Under the pieces are notes generated by a model. That model was not told where the DNA came from and did no database searches. It was given only the letters and a program-made list of their open reading frames with translations. DNA of 25,399 bases, from the IMG/VR virus record IMGVR_UViG_3300005437_000011; one strand, given 5' to 3'. Each line of letters opens with the position of its first letter. Positions within the stretch are counted from its first letter, which is position 1. Of the stretch, positions 14,354 through 22,829 are shown in pieces. A program made the position numbers and the translations under genes. The stretch is from a virus. Lineage: Duplodnaviria > Heunggongvirae > Uroviricota > Caudoviricetes.

Positions 14354-15442
14354 TCATTTGACCACCGCAGGCAAGTGAAATTCTCGGTAAGTCGGTGGGC
14401 CAACGAGCTTCTGCAACAGCTCAGAGAACTCATCGCGCAACGCCCACGCGTCATTGGGACGGCGCCCAGGCGCAATCATCAGGCATCCTCCTAGGAAATT
14501 GCGAAATCGCACCGGTGCCGCATGCAGACCGACTAGCGCCAAGCCAACTCGTGCCCACATGTACACGTCCGTCGCGGCGGTTACGGGTTGCTTGGTGAGC
14601 ACCTCTGGCGGGTACCAGTGCCGGTAGTCAACACTGATCGCGCGCACGACGCCCTTCCCAAGCGGTGCCGCGCAGCCCCAGCCAATGAGCTTCGCCCCGT
14701 GCTCGGTCGGGTGGACCATCACGTGCTCGGGTAGGATCGCGCCGTGCACGTATCCGAGCTGGTGGACGTGACCAAGCCCCTCAAGCATTCGCTTGAGCAT
14801 CCACGCCGCGTCTCGGAAGTCGATGTAGTTCGGGTAGGCGTCGATCACCTGCCGGAGTGAGACGTGCTCCGGATAGAACGGGATGACATTCACACGACGG
14901 ACGGTCTTGGTTGCTCCGTGCAGGGTGAATGAGCCGTGTAGCGTGGGCAGGTAGCGCGCGTGGTTGTGCCCCTTGGACTTCTCGTTCAGCGCCTTGAGCA
15001 CCGCGGCCTCGTTCTCCACGAGATCGTTGTCGCTTGGGTGCTGCGCGATCTTGACGACGGCCGCGCCGACGCCGACTTGACCGACGTAAAGATCGCATAT
15101 GTCGCCCTTGCATAGTTCGCGCTCGATCGCGATCGTCTGCCGACCGACCTTGATCGTGACCGGTGTGAACGCTGGCTTAGCCGCCGGCGCAACGGTCTTC
15201 GTCCCGTAGATCCCGATCCGGATCCGTTCCTCCGCCTCGGCGTGGAGCGCTCCGAGCCGGGTGAAGGCGTCTTTCGCTACCTGCGAGGCGCTCGGATCCG
15301 ATGCAAATCGGTCAGGGTGTACCGCGGCCGCCATGCGCCGGAAGAGAACGCCAAGGGACGCGCAGGGCACACCGAATAGCTCCTCCGGCGTGGCCGAGTC
15401 TCGAATTTTAGACGCTTGTTCTTTGAGTGCTGTTACGTCCAT
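14354..15442 (-). CDS. N-terminal DnaJ-type J-domain fused to a Ser/Thr-kinase-like (probably pseudokinase) domain
   Basis: Start moved to ATG 15442 (overlaps the PurA-like stop). FRRMAAAVHPD gives the J-domain HPD. VVKIA and NEAAVL are kept; catalytic loop reads HGAILPEH and the DFG position reads GWG. Confidence 0.85.
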   Translation of the reverse strand: MDVTALKEQASKIRDSATPEELFGVPCASLGVLFRRMAAAVHPDRFASDPSASQVAKDAFTRLGALHAEAEERIRIGIYGTKTVAPAAKPAFTPVTIKVGRQTIAIERELCKGDICDLYVGQVGVGAAVVKIAQHPSDNDLVENEAAVLKALNEKSKGHNHARYLPTLHGSFTLHGATKTVRRVNVIPFYPEHVSLRQVIDAYPNYIDFRDAAWMLKRMLEGLGHVHQLGYVHGAILPEHVMVHPTEHGAKLIGWGCAAPLGKGVVRAISVDYRHWYPPEVLTKQPVTAATDVYMWARVGLALVGLHAAPVRFRNFLGGCLMIAPGRRPNDAWALRDEFSELLQKLVGPPTYREFHLPAVVK

Positions 15443-16641
15443 TGGCTTCGCTTTCGCTTGTCGCCCGTCTTCGGGCCCCAGGATGTGAGCGTGACTGGCG
15501 CGCCGAGTTCGCTCTGGATGATATCGAGCAGCTCGGCGTCGTTGTGAAACCGCAGACGGTGGTACACGGGGCGGCACGTCGCGAGGTAGGAGGCATCCGG
15601 CCGGAATGCCGTCGTGTAGTTCAAGCACACGTGTTCCGGGATGCGATCCATATGGGTCACCGCGATCTCATCCACTCCAGCCACGCAACGAATGGCGTAG
15701 GTCAAAGCCGGAAAGTCGAGCTCACCCGTTCGGAACTTTCCCTGGAACCCATCGTCGCCGTTGTGTGGCTCGGGGAACTTGAGACCGGACTCCGTCACCA
15801 TCGGACCGGCGCCGTGGCGAGTCATGTAGGAGCGCAGCACGCCGATGCGGCGGACGCTCGACACGTTCGGTAGAGCCTCTGCGATCAGAGTCTCGGCGTT
15901 CTCGAAAGTTGTCTTCGTCCAGGTATTGTGGGGCGCAAATCCGAAATCCTGATCCAGCAACACGCCCTGCGCGCCCTCAAAGATGACCGTGCCGTCACGC
16001 TCTAAGATCTTGCGGGTCTCCTCGCCGTCGACGATGCGTAGCTTGGAAGCGAGATCGATCCAGTGTTGGACGTGCGGTTCGCGATAGTGCTCAGCGGCAG
16101 AAAACTGCGCGATATAATTTTGCCGCAAGACGTCTAGCTTTGCGTCCAGAAGCTTGGGGTTCCCTAGATCGCGCACGCGAATGGCGCTGTCTGGATGCGC
16201 CTCGAAACAGGCAGCGGTCTCGCCGATTCCCATGCCACACGTCCCATGCTTGGCTTCGCCCCGCGCCTCTTCGCGCCAGCGATTGGCCATCATATGCCAG
16301 TGCGTCGTGACGAGTGCGTCTCCGTCGATCGTCATGCGCTCGTAGGCGTCGGTGACGCCGATCTCGCGAAGAGCTTTCTCTTCGTTAATCAGTGTCGTCG
16401 GGTTAACGAGCATGAAGCGGCTGAGATGTGTGCGCGCGCCATTGAACGTACCGCTTCCGAACTGCGCGAAGGTGTGGCGGCGACCGTCATCCTCAATAAC
16501 TGTATGCGCGGCCTGTCCACCACCGTTGAAGCGAATCACCGTGTGCGCCTGGGTTTCGCGCGCCAAATACGCGCAACTGGTGCCTTTTCCTTCGTCGCCG
16601 AAACCTAAACCGACCACGATTTTTACTCTGCTTCCCATCAC
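15433..16641 (-). CDS. purA: Divergent adenylosuccinate synthetase (PurA-family) protein
   Basis: GLGFGDEGKG, RFNGGGQAAHTV, GTCGMGIGE, FEGAQGVLLD, TRHGAGP, SWGP. Start GTG 16641 or ATG 16638. The substrate loop is atypical (see findings). Confidence 0.9.
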   Translation of the reverse strand: MMGSRVKIVVGLGFGDEGKGTSCAYLARETQAHTVIRFNGGGQAAHTVIEDDGRRHTFAQFGSGTFNGARTHLSRFMLVNPTTLINEEKALREIGVTDAYERMTIDGDALVTTHWHMMANRWREEARGEAKHGTCGMGIGETAACFEAHPDSAIRVRDLGNPKLLDAKLDVLRQNYIAQFSAAEHYREPHVQHWIDLASKLRIVDGEETRKILERDGTVIFEGAQGVLLDQDFGFAPHNTWTKTTFENAETLIAEALPNVSSVRRIGVLRSYMTRHGAGPMVTESGLKFPEPHNGDDGFQGKFRTGELDFPALTYAIRCVAGVDEIAVTHMDRIPEHVCLNYTTAFRPDASYLATCRPVYHRLRFHNDAELLDIIQSELGAPVTLTSWGPKTGDKRKRSQWT

Positions 16642-16658
16642 TGCACCGTTCCAAGTAG

Positions 16659-16693
16659 CTACGCAGAGGCGCCAGCGTAGCGCCCCTGCGTAG
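16659..16693. other. 14-bp intergenic hairpin between the vWA and PurA-like genes
   Basis: ctacgcagaggcgc (16659-16672) / gcgcccctgcgtag (16680-16693); fully paired on the minus strand with one G-U. No U-tract. Confidence 0.75.
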
Positions 16694-16700
16694 GCTGAGT

Positions 16701-17690
16701 TCAGATCCGCGCGCTCTTGTCGCTCTTCACGAGCGACTCAGGCAGCGAACCAGTGCCAGTCACCGCGAGCGAGGTGCTCTTGGCGAGGCCGTCGAGGCCG
16801 GAGACGACAGCGCTCGCCACCGATGCCGAAGCGCCAGCAGAAGCGAGATCGTCACCCATCGTGTGGAGGTCGGTGGTCCCTTCCACGAGTCCAATCGCGA
16901 CGCCGATCGTCTCGCAGACCGCCTCTGGGTTGTCGAGCGTGATCACGTTTTGCGGACCGAGCAACCCGCCCCACAAGCCCTTGAACTCGTGCTTGTGGCT
17001 CGTGTTGCCCGGAGTCAGGAAGAACACGTGGTAGCGCTCCTGGCACTCCGCGATCATCTCTTCCACGGTCAGGTCAGACTGAACCGTGTCACCAAAGATG
17101 CGCGCGATTTCCTCCTTGGAGCTCTTCGGATACGGCTTTTCGTCGCCGATTACGAACAAGAAGCCCTTGCGATTACGCTTCTCCCAAGCGTCGGACACAG
17201 TGTGCCGAGCGAAAAAGTAGAAGACGTTCTGGTAGGACTCCCGCGGTTCGCCACCGCCGCCGTTGCCTTCGAGGTAAAGCTTCGTCAGATCGTCGTCCAT
17301 CTCGATGCCGGACTCAAACTGTCCGACTTGGAGCGGGGCCTGGTCCGAATAGAAGTCGCCCACGGCGCCAAACAAGATCTGCGGATCTTGCACGTATCCC
17401 TTCCGTAGTAGAAGCCCCATCAGGTTTGGGATCTTCTTCTGCAGCGTGACGGGCACGCCGCCCATGGATCCCGTCACATCAAAGATGACGCCGATCGGGA
17501 CGGATTGCGGGTGGTCGGCGCTGTCACGAGCTTCGCGCGTGACGCCCTTCGGGTCGAGAGAGCTGTGCGTTTTTGCCGCCGCCTTGCCCTTCGAGATGTC
17601 GTCGGTATGCGCGAACGTCGGCACGCCGCGCGCTACGCGGTCTGCCGCTCGGGACTTGTAGTGGTCGTCGGAATAGCTTGAGCCACCCAT
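16701..17690 (-). CDS. von Willebrand factor A (vWA) domain protein
   Basis: MIDAS-like IFDVTGSMG, GAVGD, QVGQFES, GNGGG, FVIGDE; typical prokaryotic stand-alone vWA. Confidence 0.88.
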   Translation of the reverse strand: MGGSSYSDDHYKSRAADRVARGVPTFAHTDDISKGKAAAKTHSSLDPKGVTREARDSADHPQSVPIGVIFDVTGSMGGVPVTLQKKIPNLMGLLLRKGYVQDPQILFGAVGDFYSDQAPLQVGQFESGIEMDDDLTKLYLEGNGGGGEPRESYQNVFYFFARHTVSDAWEKRNRKGFLFVIGDEKPYPKSSKEEIARIFGDTVQSDLTVEEMIAECQERYHVFFLTPGNTSHKHEFKGLWGGLLGPQNVITLDNPEAVCETIGVAIGLVEGTTDLHTMGDDLASAGASASVASAVVSGLDGLAKSTSLAVTGTGSLPESLVKSDKSARI

Positions 17691-17764
17691 TTTTACTGTG
17701 CGCTTTCTACCGGCGTGGCCGGCTCTAATGTTTTGTGCTGTTGTTCATTCGAATCGCCGCAGAA

Positions 17765-17816
17765 GTGGACGACGGGAGGCTGAGGGGAGCAGCCCGCAGC
17801 CGTCGCCCGCTTCCAC
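17765..17816 (-). promoter_or_regulatory. Leader hairpin, copy A, with CTCCCCT loop
   Basis: Core GCTG-CTCCCCT-CAGC-CTC (17776-17793) inside an outer stem (cgacgg/ccgtcg, gtgga/tccac), upstream of the vWA gene. Homologous to 25247-25301. Confidence 0.55.
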
Positions 17817-17822
17817 GGCGGT

Positions 17823-18164
17823 TCACTCGTCTGTTGCCGTGGTCTCCTGGCGCGTTGCGGCCGCCGAACGCTCCACTTCCCAGTCTCGGAACGGCCTGTT
17901 CCATTGAGCGCGCCGCGCCAGCTCTTCCTGACGCTTCACCCGATCGCCAAAACACTCATCGCACAGCCGGACTTCGCGGTAGGAGGCCTGCCGGCGCACC
18001 GCATCCGCCTTCCGTTGTCGGCATTGGGAGCAGCGCGGCGGTTCGACTATTTTCGTGCTCTGGTAACGGCGAAGCTTCGGGCGCAGATGCGCGCAGTCAA
18101 CCGACTCGCAGAGGCCAGGCATGAAGCCGTGCGCGCAGCGCTTGCCGCGGAATGCTTCGGTCAT
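17823..18164 (-). CDS. Cys-rich basic hypothetical protein
   Basis: CAHG...CESVDC and CSQC...CDEC; ATGA-coupled. Confidence 0.7.
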   Translation of the reverse strand: MTEAFRGKRCAHGFMPGLCESVDCAHLRPKLRRYQSTKIVEPPRCSQCRQRKADAVRRQASYREVRLCDECFGDRVKRQEELARRAQWNRPFRDWEVERSAAATRQETTATDE

Positions 18165-18502
18165 GGGTATTCCCCGGACTGTGGATCGAATTCCCCAATC
18201 GTCGCGGTCCCGTCAATCTCGCGCATGGCCCCATATTTGAACGAAAGATTGTACAGTGCGGCTAGCGCTTCTCGCCGATGCGGCCCAGGCGCCATCAGAT
18301 CATGAAGTTCCAGCAGCGCATCTCGCTTCGCCGTAGCCAATTCGGACCGGAGCACATGGACGGCGACGCGCTTGCATTCCAGCTCATAATGCCGACTGAA
18401 GCGCGCGCCGCATGACATCTTGTCTACTCGTGCGGCTCGCGTTTTGCGCTCCACGGCCAGTGGTAATCGACAGTCCGGGCATGTTTCAGCGGTCGCTGTC
18501 AC
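18161..18502 (-). CDS. Hypothetical protein with CPDC Zn module
   Basis: Coupled on both sides; N-terminus paralogous to 9497..10471. Confidence 0.75.
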   Translation of the reverse strand: MTATAETCPDCRLPLAVERKTRAARVDKMSCGARFSRHYELECKRVAVHVLRSELATAKRDALLELHDLMAPGPHRREALAALYNLSFKYGAMREIDGTATIGEFDPQSGEYP

Positions 18503-19362
18503 TTGACCACCTTTCGTGCGAGCTTCGGGGCACTCACCAGGATTTCGCCGACTGCCCCGCGTTTGGCACCGTTCGAGTTCACGTTGCGGCGCGCCGAGAC
18601 TTCCTCAACCAGCCAGCCGCGTCTACCGAAGATGCGCCTCGACTCGGGCGTGTCGGAGTTCGATAGCAGTGCGCGAGCGCCTCGCTTGACTACCGACGCC
18701 ATGCAGTCGGCTAGTCGCTCGTGGTCTGCGACCTCGAAACCGTCAGCGCCGTAGGCGGTGAAGTTGGCAGTGATGGACGCGGGGAGATAGGGGCTGTCAA
18801 AATAAGTGAAGTCTCCGACGCCGGCCTTTTGCACGGAGCGTTCGAAGTCATCGCAGACAATCTCGACACCTTGGAGCGCTCGCGAGGCTGCCCTGATGGC
18901 CGGAGCGTTCACGATGGTCGGCTTCTTCGCGTGATGGCCCCAAGGGGTATTCATCATCCCATCTTGGTTCTCGCGCCATATGCCATTGAAACACGCCTTT
19001 AGCAGGTAGATGAAGCGTGCAGCGCCGGCTGGCCCGACCTGTCCGCCGCTACGCTGCTGATAGTAGTGCGCCTCCGAGTGCTTCGCGTCGTGTGAATGAA
19101 GATGCGTGATAACAGACGCTGGCTTGTCCCGGACTTGGATCAGCATATTGATCAGTGAAGCATTGTTATCCCCGAGCACCGCGCGCTTGAATCGGCCCTC
19201 GTTCGCCAAGGCGAAGAAGACTGCCGCGCCCCCGCAGAAAGGCTCGTAGTACGTGTCGATCTTGGCAGGAATACGCGGAAGGATCTCCGGTAGCAATTGC
19301 CTTTTCCCGCCGAGGTACTTGGTCAGCGGTGCGGCTTTGGTTTCGATCGCGAGTGTGCTCAT
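18499..19362 (-). CDS. dam: Dam-family DNA adenine methyltransferase
   Basis: KYLGGKRQL, YYEPFCGGAAVFF (motif I), CFNGIWREN..G.MNTPWG, FTYFDSPY (motif IV variant), LSNSD. No cognate endonuclease adjacent. Confidence 0.92.
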   Translation of the reverse strand: MSTLAIETKAAPLTKYLGGKRQLLPEILPRIPAKIDTYYEPFCGGAAVFFALANEGRFKRAVLGDNNASLINMLIQVRDKPASVITHLHSHDAKHSEAHYYQQRSGGQVGPAGAARFIYLLKACFNGIWRENQDGMMNTPWGHHAKKPTIVNAPAIRAASRALQGVEIVCDDFERSVQKAGVGDFTYFDSPYLPASITANFTAYGADGFEVADHERLADCMASVVKRGARALLSNSDTPESRRIFGRRGWLVEEVSARRNVNSNGAKRGAVGEILVSAPKLARKVVK

Positions 19363-19784
19363 TTGGATTCGTTCTCTTGCTTGTGCAGGCGCGCATGAGC
19401 AGCGCAGTAGTCCTGATCGGGCCCAACGCTAACCGAGCACTTGTGACACGTTGGTCTATCACAACTGGCTCGCGACTTGGCGAACCAATCGGCGACCGTT
19501 ACAGTTTGCGTGACACCACATCCGGAGCCAGCACCAGGATCGCGCTGACTGATCGTGATGCTCCCGCCTTCCACGCCCCAAACGTAGAACAGCAAGTTGT
19601 GCTCACGATGCAGCCGCGCATCGCCGCGCTTCGGCGGGTCGTTACGCTCAACCGGATAGTCGCACAATTTCCCAGCGTGATTGGAGCAGCCCGGCGTCGA
19701 GCACTTCCTGTGCGGTATGCGCCCGCACGCGATTCCGATCGGTCGCCCGTCTCTGTCGTGGATAGTCTGACTAAACCTAGGCAT
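19359..19784 (-). CDS. Cys/His-rich Zn-finger hypothetical protein
   Basis: CSTPGC...LCDYP...CDRPTCHKC...YCAAH; coupled on both sides. Confidence 0.75.
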   Translation of the reverse strand: MPRFSQTIHDRDGRPIGIACGRIPHRKCSTPGCSNHAGKLCDYPVERNDPPKRGDARLHREHNLLFYVWGVEGGSITISQRDPGAGSGCGVTQTVTVADWFAKSRASCDRPTCHKCSVSVGPDQDYCAAHARLHKQENESK

Positions 19785-20092
19785 CAGGCAGTCCTCCGTT
19801 CGCTCCGAAGCTCACCAAGCACTGAACGCGACAGCTCCGTGGAGCTCCAGCGCGCGAGCGTATGCCCAGCGATCGGTCCGACCTTTTTGCTCCTGAGCCA
19901 ACCGCGATTGATCAAATCGTAGCCCTTCGGCGCTGCGCCAAGGAACCGCCTCAGCTCCGCATGCGTCGGCCCATAGCCGAACACCACTTCATGGCTCATC
20001 ACGGCAACAACAACCCGAAGTTCCGCGGGTGCAATACCGAGCCTGCGCCGCGTATCTGTCGAGTGGCCGGGCGTGGCATGCTCGTCGCTCAT
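19784..20092 (-). CDS. LexA-N-terminal-like HTH protein
   Basis: Start moved to ATG 20092 (ATGA overlap). GYGPTHAELRRFLG...LINRGWLR resembles the LexA DNA-binding domain; no peptidase domain. Confidence 0.6.
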   Translation of the reverse strand: MSDEHATPGHSTDTRRRLGIAPAELRVVVAVMSHEVVFGYGPTHAELRRFLGAAPKGYDLINRGWLRSKKVGPIAGHTLARWSSTELSRSVLGELRSERRTA

Positions 20093-20277
20093 GCGGCCTG
20101 CCTGCGGGTGGCGGCTCGTCGCGTCTTCTGCTCGCGGGCGAAGTAGGCGAGGTGGCGCCGGCAACGGACGCGGCCGGGTAGCGCTGGGACGCTACAGCTG
20201 GTGCACAAGCCGCGCGCTCGCTGCTGGTCACGCCGAGCTTTTGCGTATGCAGCAGCGCTCATCGCTTGGTCGCTCAA
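20089..20277 (-). CDS. Small basic Zn-ribbon protein
   Basis: GLCTSC...RCRRH; coupled on both sides. Confidence 0.7.
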   Translation of the reverse strand: MSDQAMSAAAYAKARRDQQRARGLCTSCSVPALPGRVRCRRHLAYFAREQKTRRAATRRQAA

Positions 20278-22826
20278 GCTGCCTCCTGAGTCGGCAGCTC
20301 AATTCGAGCGTCCGCCAATGCGATAACCTCATCCGAGTGAGAGATAAAGACCATTCTGTCCGCGCCGGTGAACTCGATCGCGCGTCGACACATCGCCACC
20401 CACGCGCGAGCGTTCTCTGGGTCACACGCTGACGCCGACTCGTCACGGACCAGTGTGGGACGATCGAATCCAGCTCGCCTGCATGCCAACATCAGCATCG
20501 CGAACCCGACCGCTTCACCCAGCAGCGCGCGCTCTCCGCCGCTGTGCTCGCGGATCTCCTTATCAGTCCCGCGAACGTTGTCGATCACCTGGATTCGGCA
20601 TTCGTCCACCAGCTTATGCCCGGTCGAGTCGATGCGCTGGGTGTCCACCGACACCGTAAAGCGCGGACCGTGGCAATTGAGGAGAAGATCATTGATCAGC
20701 TCAGTGAGCTCGGGTCCGGCCGAGTCAACCTCAGCGCTCTGCAGGCCGGTCCGCCCGAAGTCGAGCGCGAGCCGCGTCCAGTCCGCCAGGTCGGCCTCAA
20801 TTCGGGCCCGGTCAGCCTCCAAGCCAGCGACCTTGGCGTCGACCGCCATCGCGTCAGCGAGCCGCTGGCGAGCCACGGCGACGGCCCCGTGAGCCTCCCT
20901 GGATTGGCGCTCCCAGTTCGCGGCTGACTGCCGGAAAGCCTCCACCCATGGCGGCGGCGGGGGTGTACTCGGCTCCTGCGCAACCGAGTCCAATTGAGCA
21001 AGGCGATCAAGCTCGGCTCGGGCGGTCACCAGTTGCGGCTCGAGTTCGGCGATCCGCGCGTGCGCGGCCACCAAGTGGTCGTATTTGGCCACTAGCGGGA
21101 CCAGTTCGGCCCGTCGCGCCGATGCCGCCTGAATCTTTGCTTCGATGGCGCTGCGGGCAGGCGGTTCCTCTTGGTTCCGGCGGGTTTGCTCCGCTATCTT
21201 GCGGGCCACGATTGCGGCTTGCATGGATCGCTCTAGACCGAGATCGATTGAGAGATCGGAGAGCGTGACTTCAGCCGCATCGCGCACCGACAGCGCTGTG
21301 GCCTCGGCGTCCGTTGCGGCTGCCAACTCAGAGCGAGCGGTTGCCATCTCTGGCGCGCGAGCCGCAAGCCGTTCGAGATCGGCAAGCATTCGCTCACATT
21401 CGCGTACGGCAGAGCGTTCACGCGCCAGCTGCGTTTCGAGTGCGGCGATTCGCTTCGGAACCTCCACGGCTTGGAGTTCAGCGGCGTCGTCAGCAATGAG
21501 GGTTGCCTTGGCGATATCACTGGCGTCCCCGTCTTCGGTATCGAATACCTGGCGCAAACCCGTACGGAGCCCAACTATTCGGTCCGTGGCTCCAGCCAGC
21601 GTCTTCCCGCGGGCCTCTGCGAGTTCGCGCTCAGTCTCCTCGACGGCCAGCTTCGCCGCTACCACGAGCGGACGGCTGGGCTCTGCTTGTGCAGCTGCCT
21701 CGGTTACTTTGGCCTCATCCGCCAGCCGCGCGCGAGCTCTCAGGACGCGCTGCTCCGCCGCGGCGACGGCGTTGCGCGCGGCTTGGAGGGTGGCGCCAGC
21801 GGCCCGGACGTTGGCCTCCGCCTGCGTTACCCGTTGTTGCTGCTCCGTCAACTCATCGCCGATCGTCTTGGCTGCGGCGTCGAACGGCTGGCCAACGGCA
21901 GCCAGCTCAAGCGCCAGCGCCGTATCCTGCTCGGCCAGAGCATCCAGTTCGACTCGAGCTGCGCGGATCGCGTCACCATTGGCGAGGATGTTCTGGTTGT
22001 TCGTGATCCGTAGCTCTAGCTTTGCGACTGCCTCACGTTGAGCCGCGAGTGACGCCTGAAGCTCAGCACGCTTCGTGATGGCTTCGTTGTACGCCTTGGT
22101 CAGGTCCGCTACCCGCCGCTCCTCGGCTTCCGCGGCGTCCACATCCTGACGCGCCTTGGTAAGTAGTCGGTCAGCGTCCAGCACGCCCTGCTCCGCGAGC
22201 GCGATAGCCTCCTCTGCTGCCTGCACGGTAAGCGCCCCGCCGCGCGCGTCGGCAATTCGGGTCAGGAGTGTCTCCAGCTCGGCGCTGGTCGAGTCGCGGC
22301 GTTTCCGAGCGGCCACGGCCATTCGTTCCAGGCGCGCGACTCCAAGCACCTTGAGGATCACGTCAATCCGCTCGGCGCTCCCCATCTTCACGAAGCCTTC
22401 TGACTGCTGCGCGGAGAAGATCGAGGCGAAGAACACTTCTTGGTCGGGCAGATTCTTCGCTGCCCAGGCTTCGAACTTGGTGACTGAGGTGGTTGGAAGA
22501 AGCGGCTGATCGAATTCGTTCGTGACGACGGCCTCGCTCTTGCCGGAGACGGCATCGACAAGGTGGCGGATCTTCAAGTCTTGACCGAAGTGAAAGCGAG
22601 ACTCGACCCACGAATCTCGAGCAGTTGCTCGCTTAACGAGCGTCCCGTTCGTTGGCATCTTCCGGTAGCAGATCCCGGGCATAGCGGTCTCGAGAGAAAA
22701 GCTCTTACCGGTTCCATTGGGCGCGACGAGCGCCACCAGCTTCACGTCAGGGCCAAGCCCTTCGAGATCAAGCGTGTAGTCGGCGAAGGGACCGAAATTA
22801 TGAAACGTGCAGGACTTGAGTCTCAT
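20274..22826 (-). CDS. sbcC: SbcC/Rad50-like SMC ATPase
   Basis: Walker A APNGTGKS, Q-loop FSAQQ, long coiled coil, signature HSGGE, Walker B LVRDES, H-loop ISH. Confidence 0.9.
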   Translation of the reverse strand: MRLKSCTFHNFGPFADYTLDLEGLGPDVKLVALVAPNGTGKSFSLETAMPGICYRKMPTNGTLVKRATARDSWVESRFHFGQDLKIRHLVDAVSGKSEAVVTNEFDQPLLPTTSVTKFEAWAAKNLPDQEVFFASIFSAQQSEGFVKMGSAERIDVILKVLGVARLERMAVAARKRRDSTSAELETLLTRIADARGGALTVQAAEEAIALAEQGVLDADRLLTKARQDVDAAEAEERRVADLTKAYNEAITKRAELQASLAAQREAVAKLELRITNNQNILANGDAIRAARVELDALAEQDTALALELAAVGQPFDAAAKTIGDELTEQQQRVTQAEANVRAAGATLQAARNAVAAAEQRVLRARARLADEAKVTEAAAQAEPSRPLVVAAKLAVEETERELAEARGKTLAGATDRIVGLRTGLRQVFDTEDGDASDIAKATLIADDAAELQAVEVPKRIAALETQLARERSAVRECERMLADLERLAARAPEMATARSELAAATDAEATALSVRDAAEVTLSDLSIDLGLERSMQAAIVARKIAEQTRRNQEEPPARSAIEAKIQAASARRAELVPLVAKYDHLVAAHARIAELEPQLVTARAELDRLAQLDSVAQEPSTPPPPPWVEAFRQSAANWERQSREAHGAVAVARQRLADAMAVDAKVAGLEADRARIEADLADWTRLALDFGRTGLQSAEVDSAGPELTELINDLLLNCHGPRFTVSVDTQRIDSTGHKLVDECRIQVIDNVRGTDKEIREHSGGERALLGEAVGFAMLMLACRRAGFDRPTLVRDESASACDPENARAWVAMCRRAIEFTGADRMVFISHSDEVIALADARIELPTQEAA

Positions 22827-22829
22827 GGA

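Noticed and set aside
15433-16641. PurZ / 2-aminoadenine (Z-genome) pathway with MazZ-like partner
   Set aside because: The catalytic Asp of GDEGKG is retained (PurZ has Ser), no DatZ or dedicated polymerase is in the window, and an adenine methylase is encoded.
17725-17826. 33-aa GTGA-coupled ORF (VNRRGSGRR...STKH)
   Set aside because: Featureless product lying across the conserved hairpin A, whose covariation is better explained at RNA level. Not excluded as a leader peptide.
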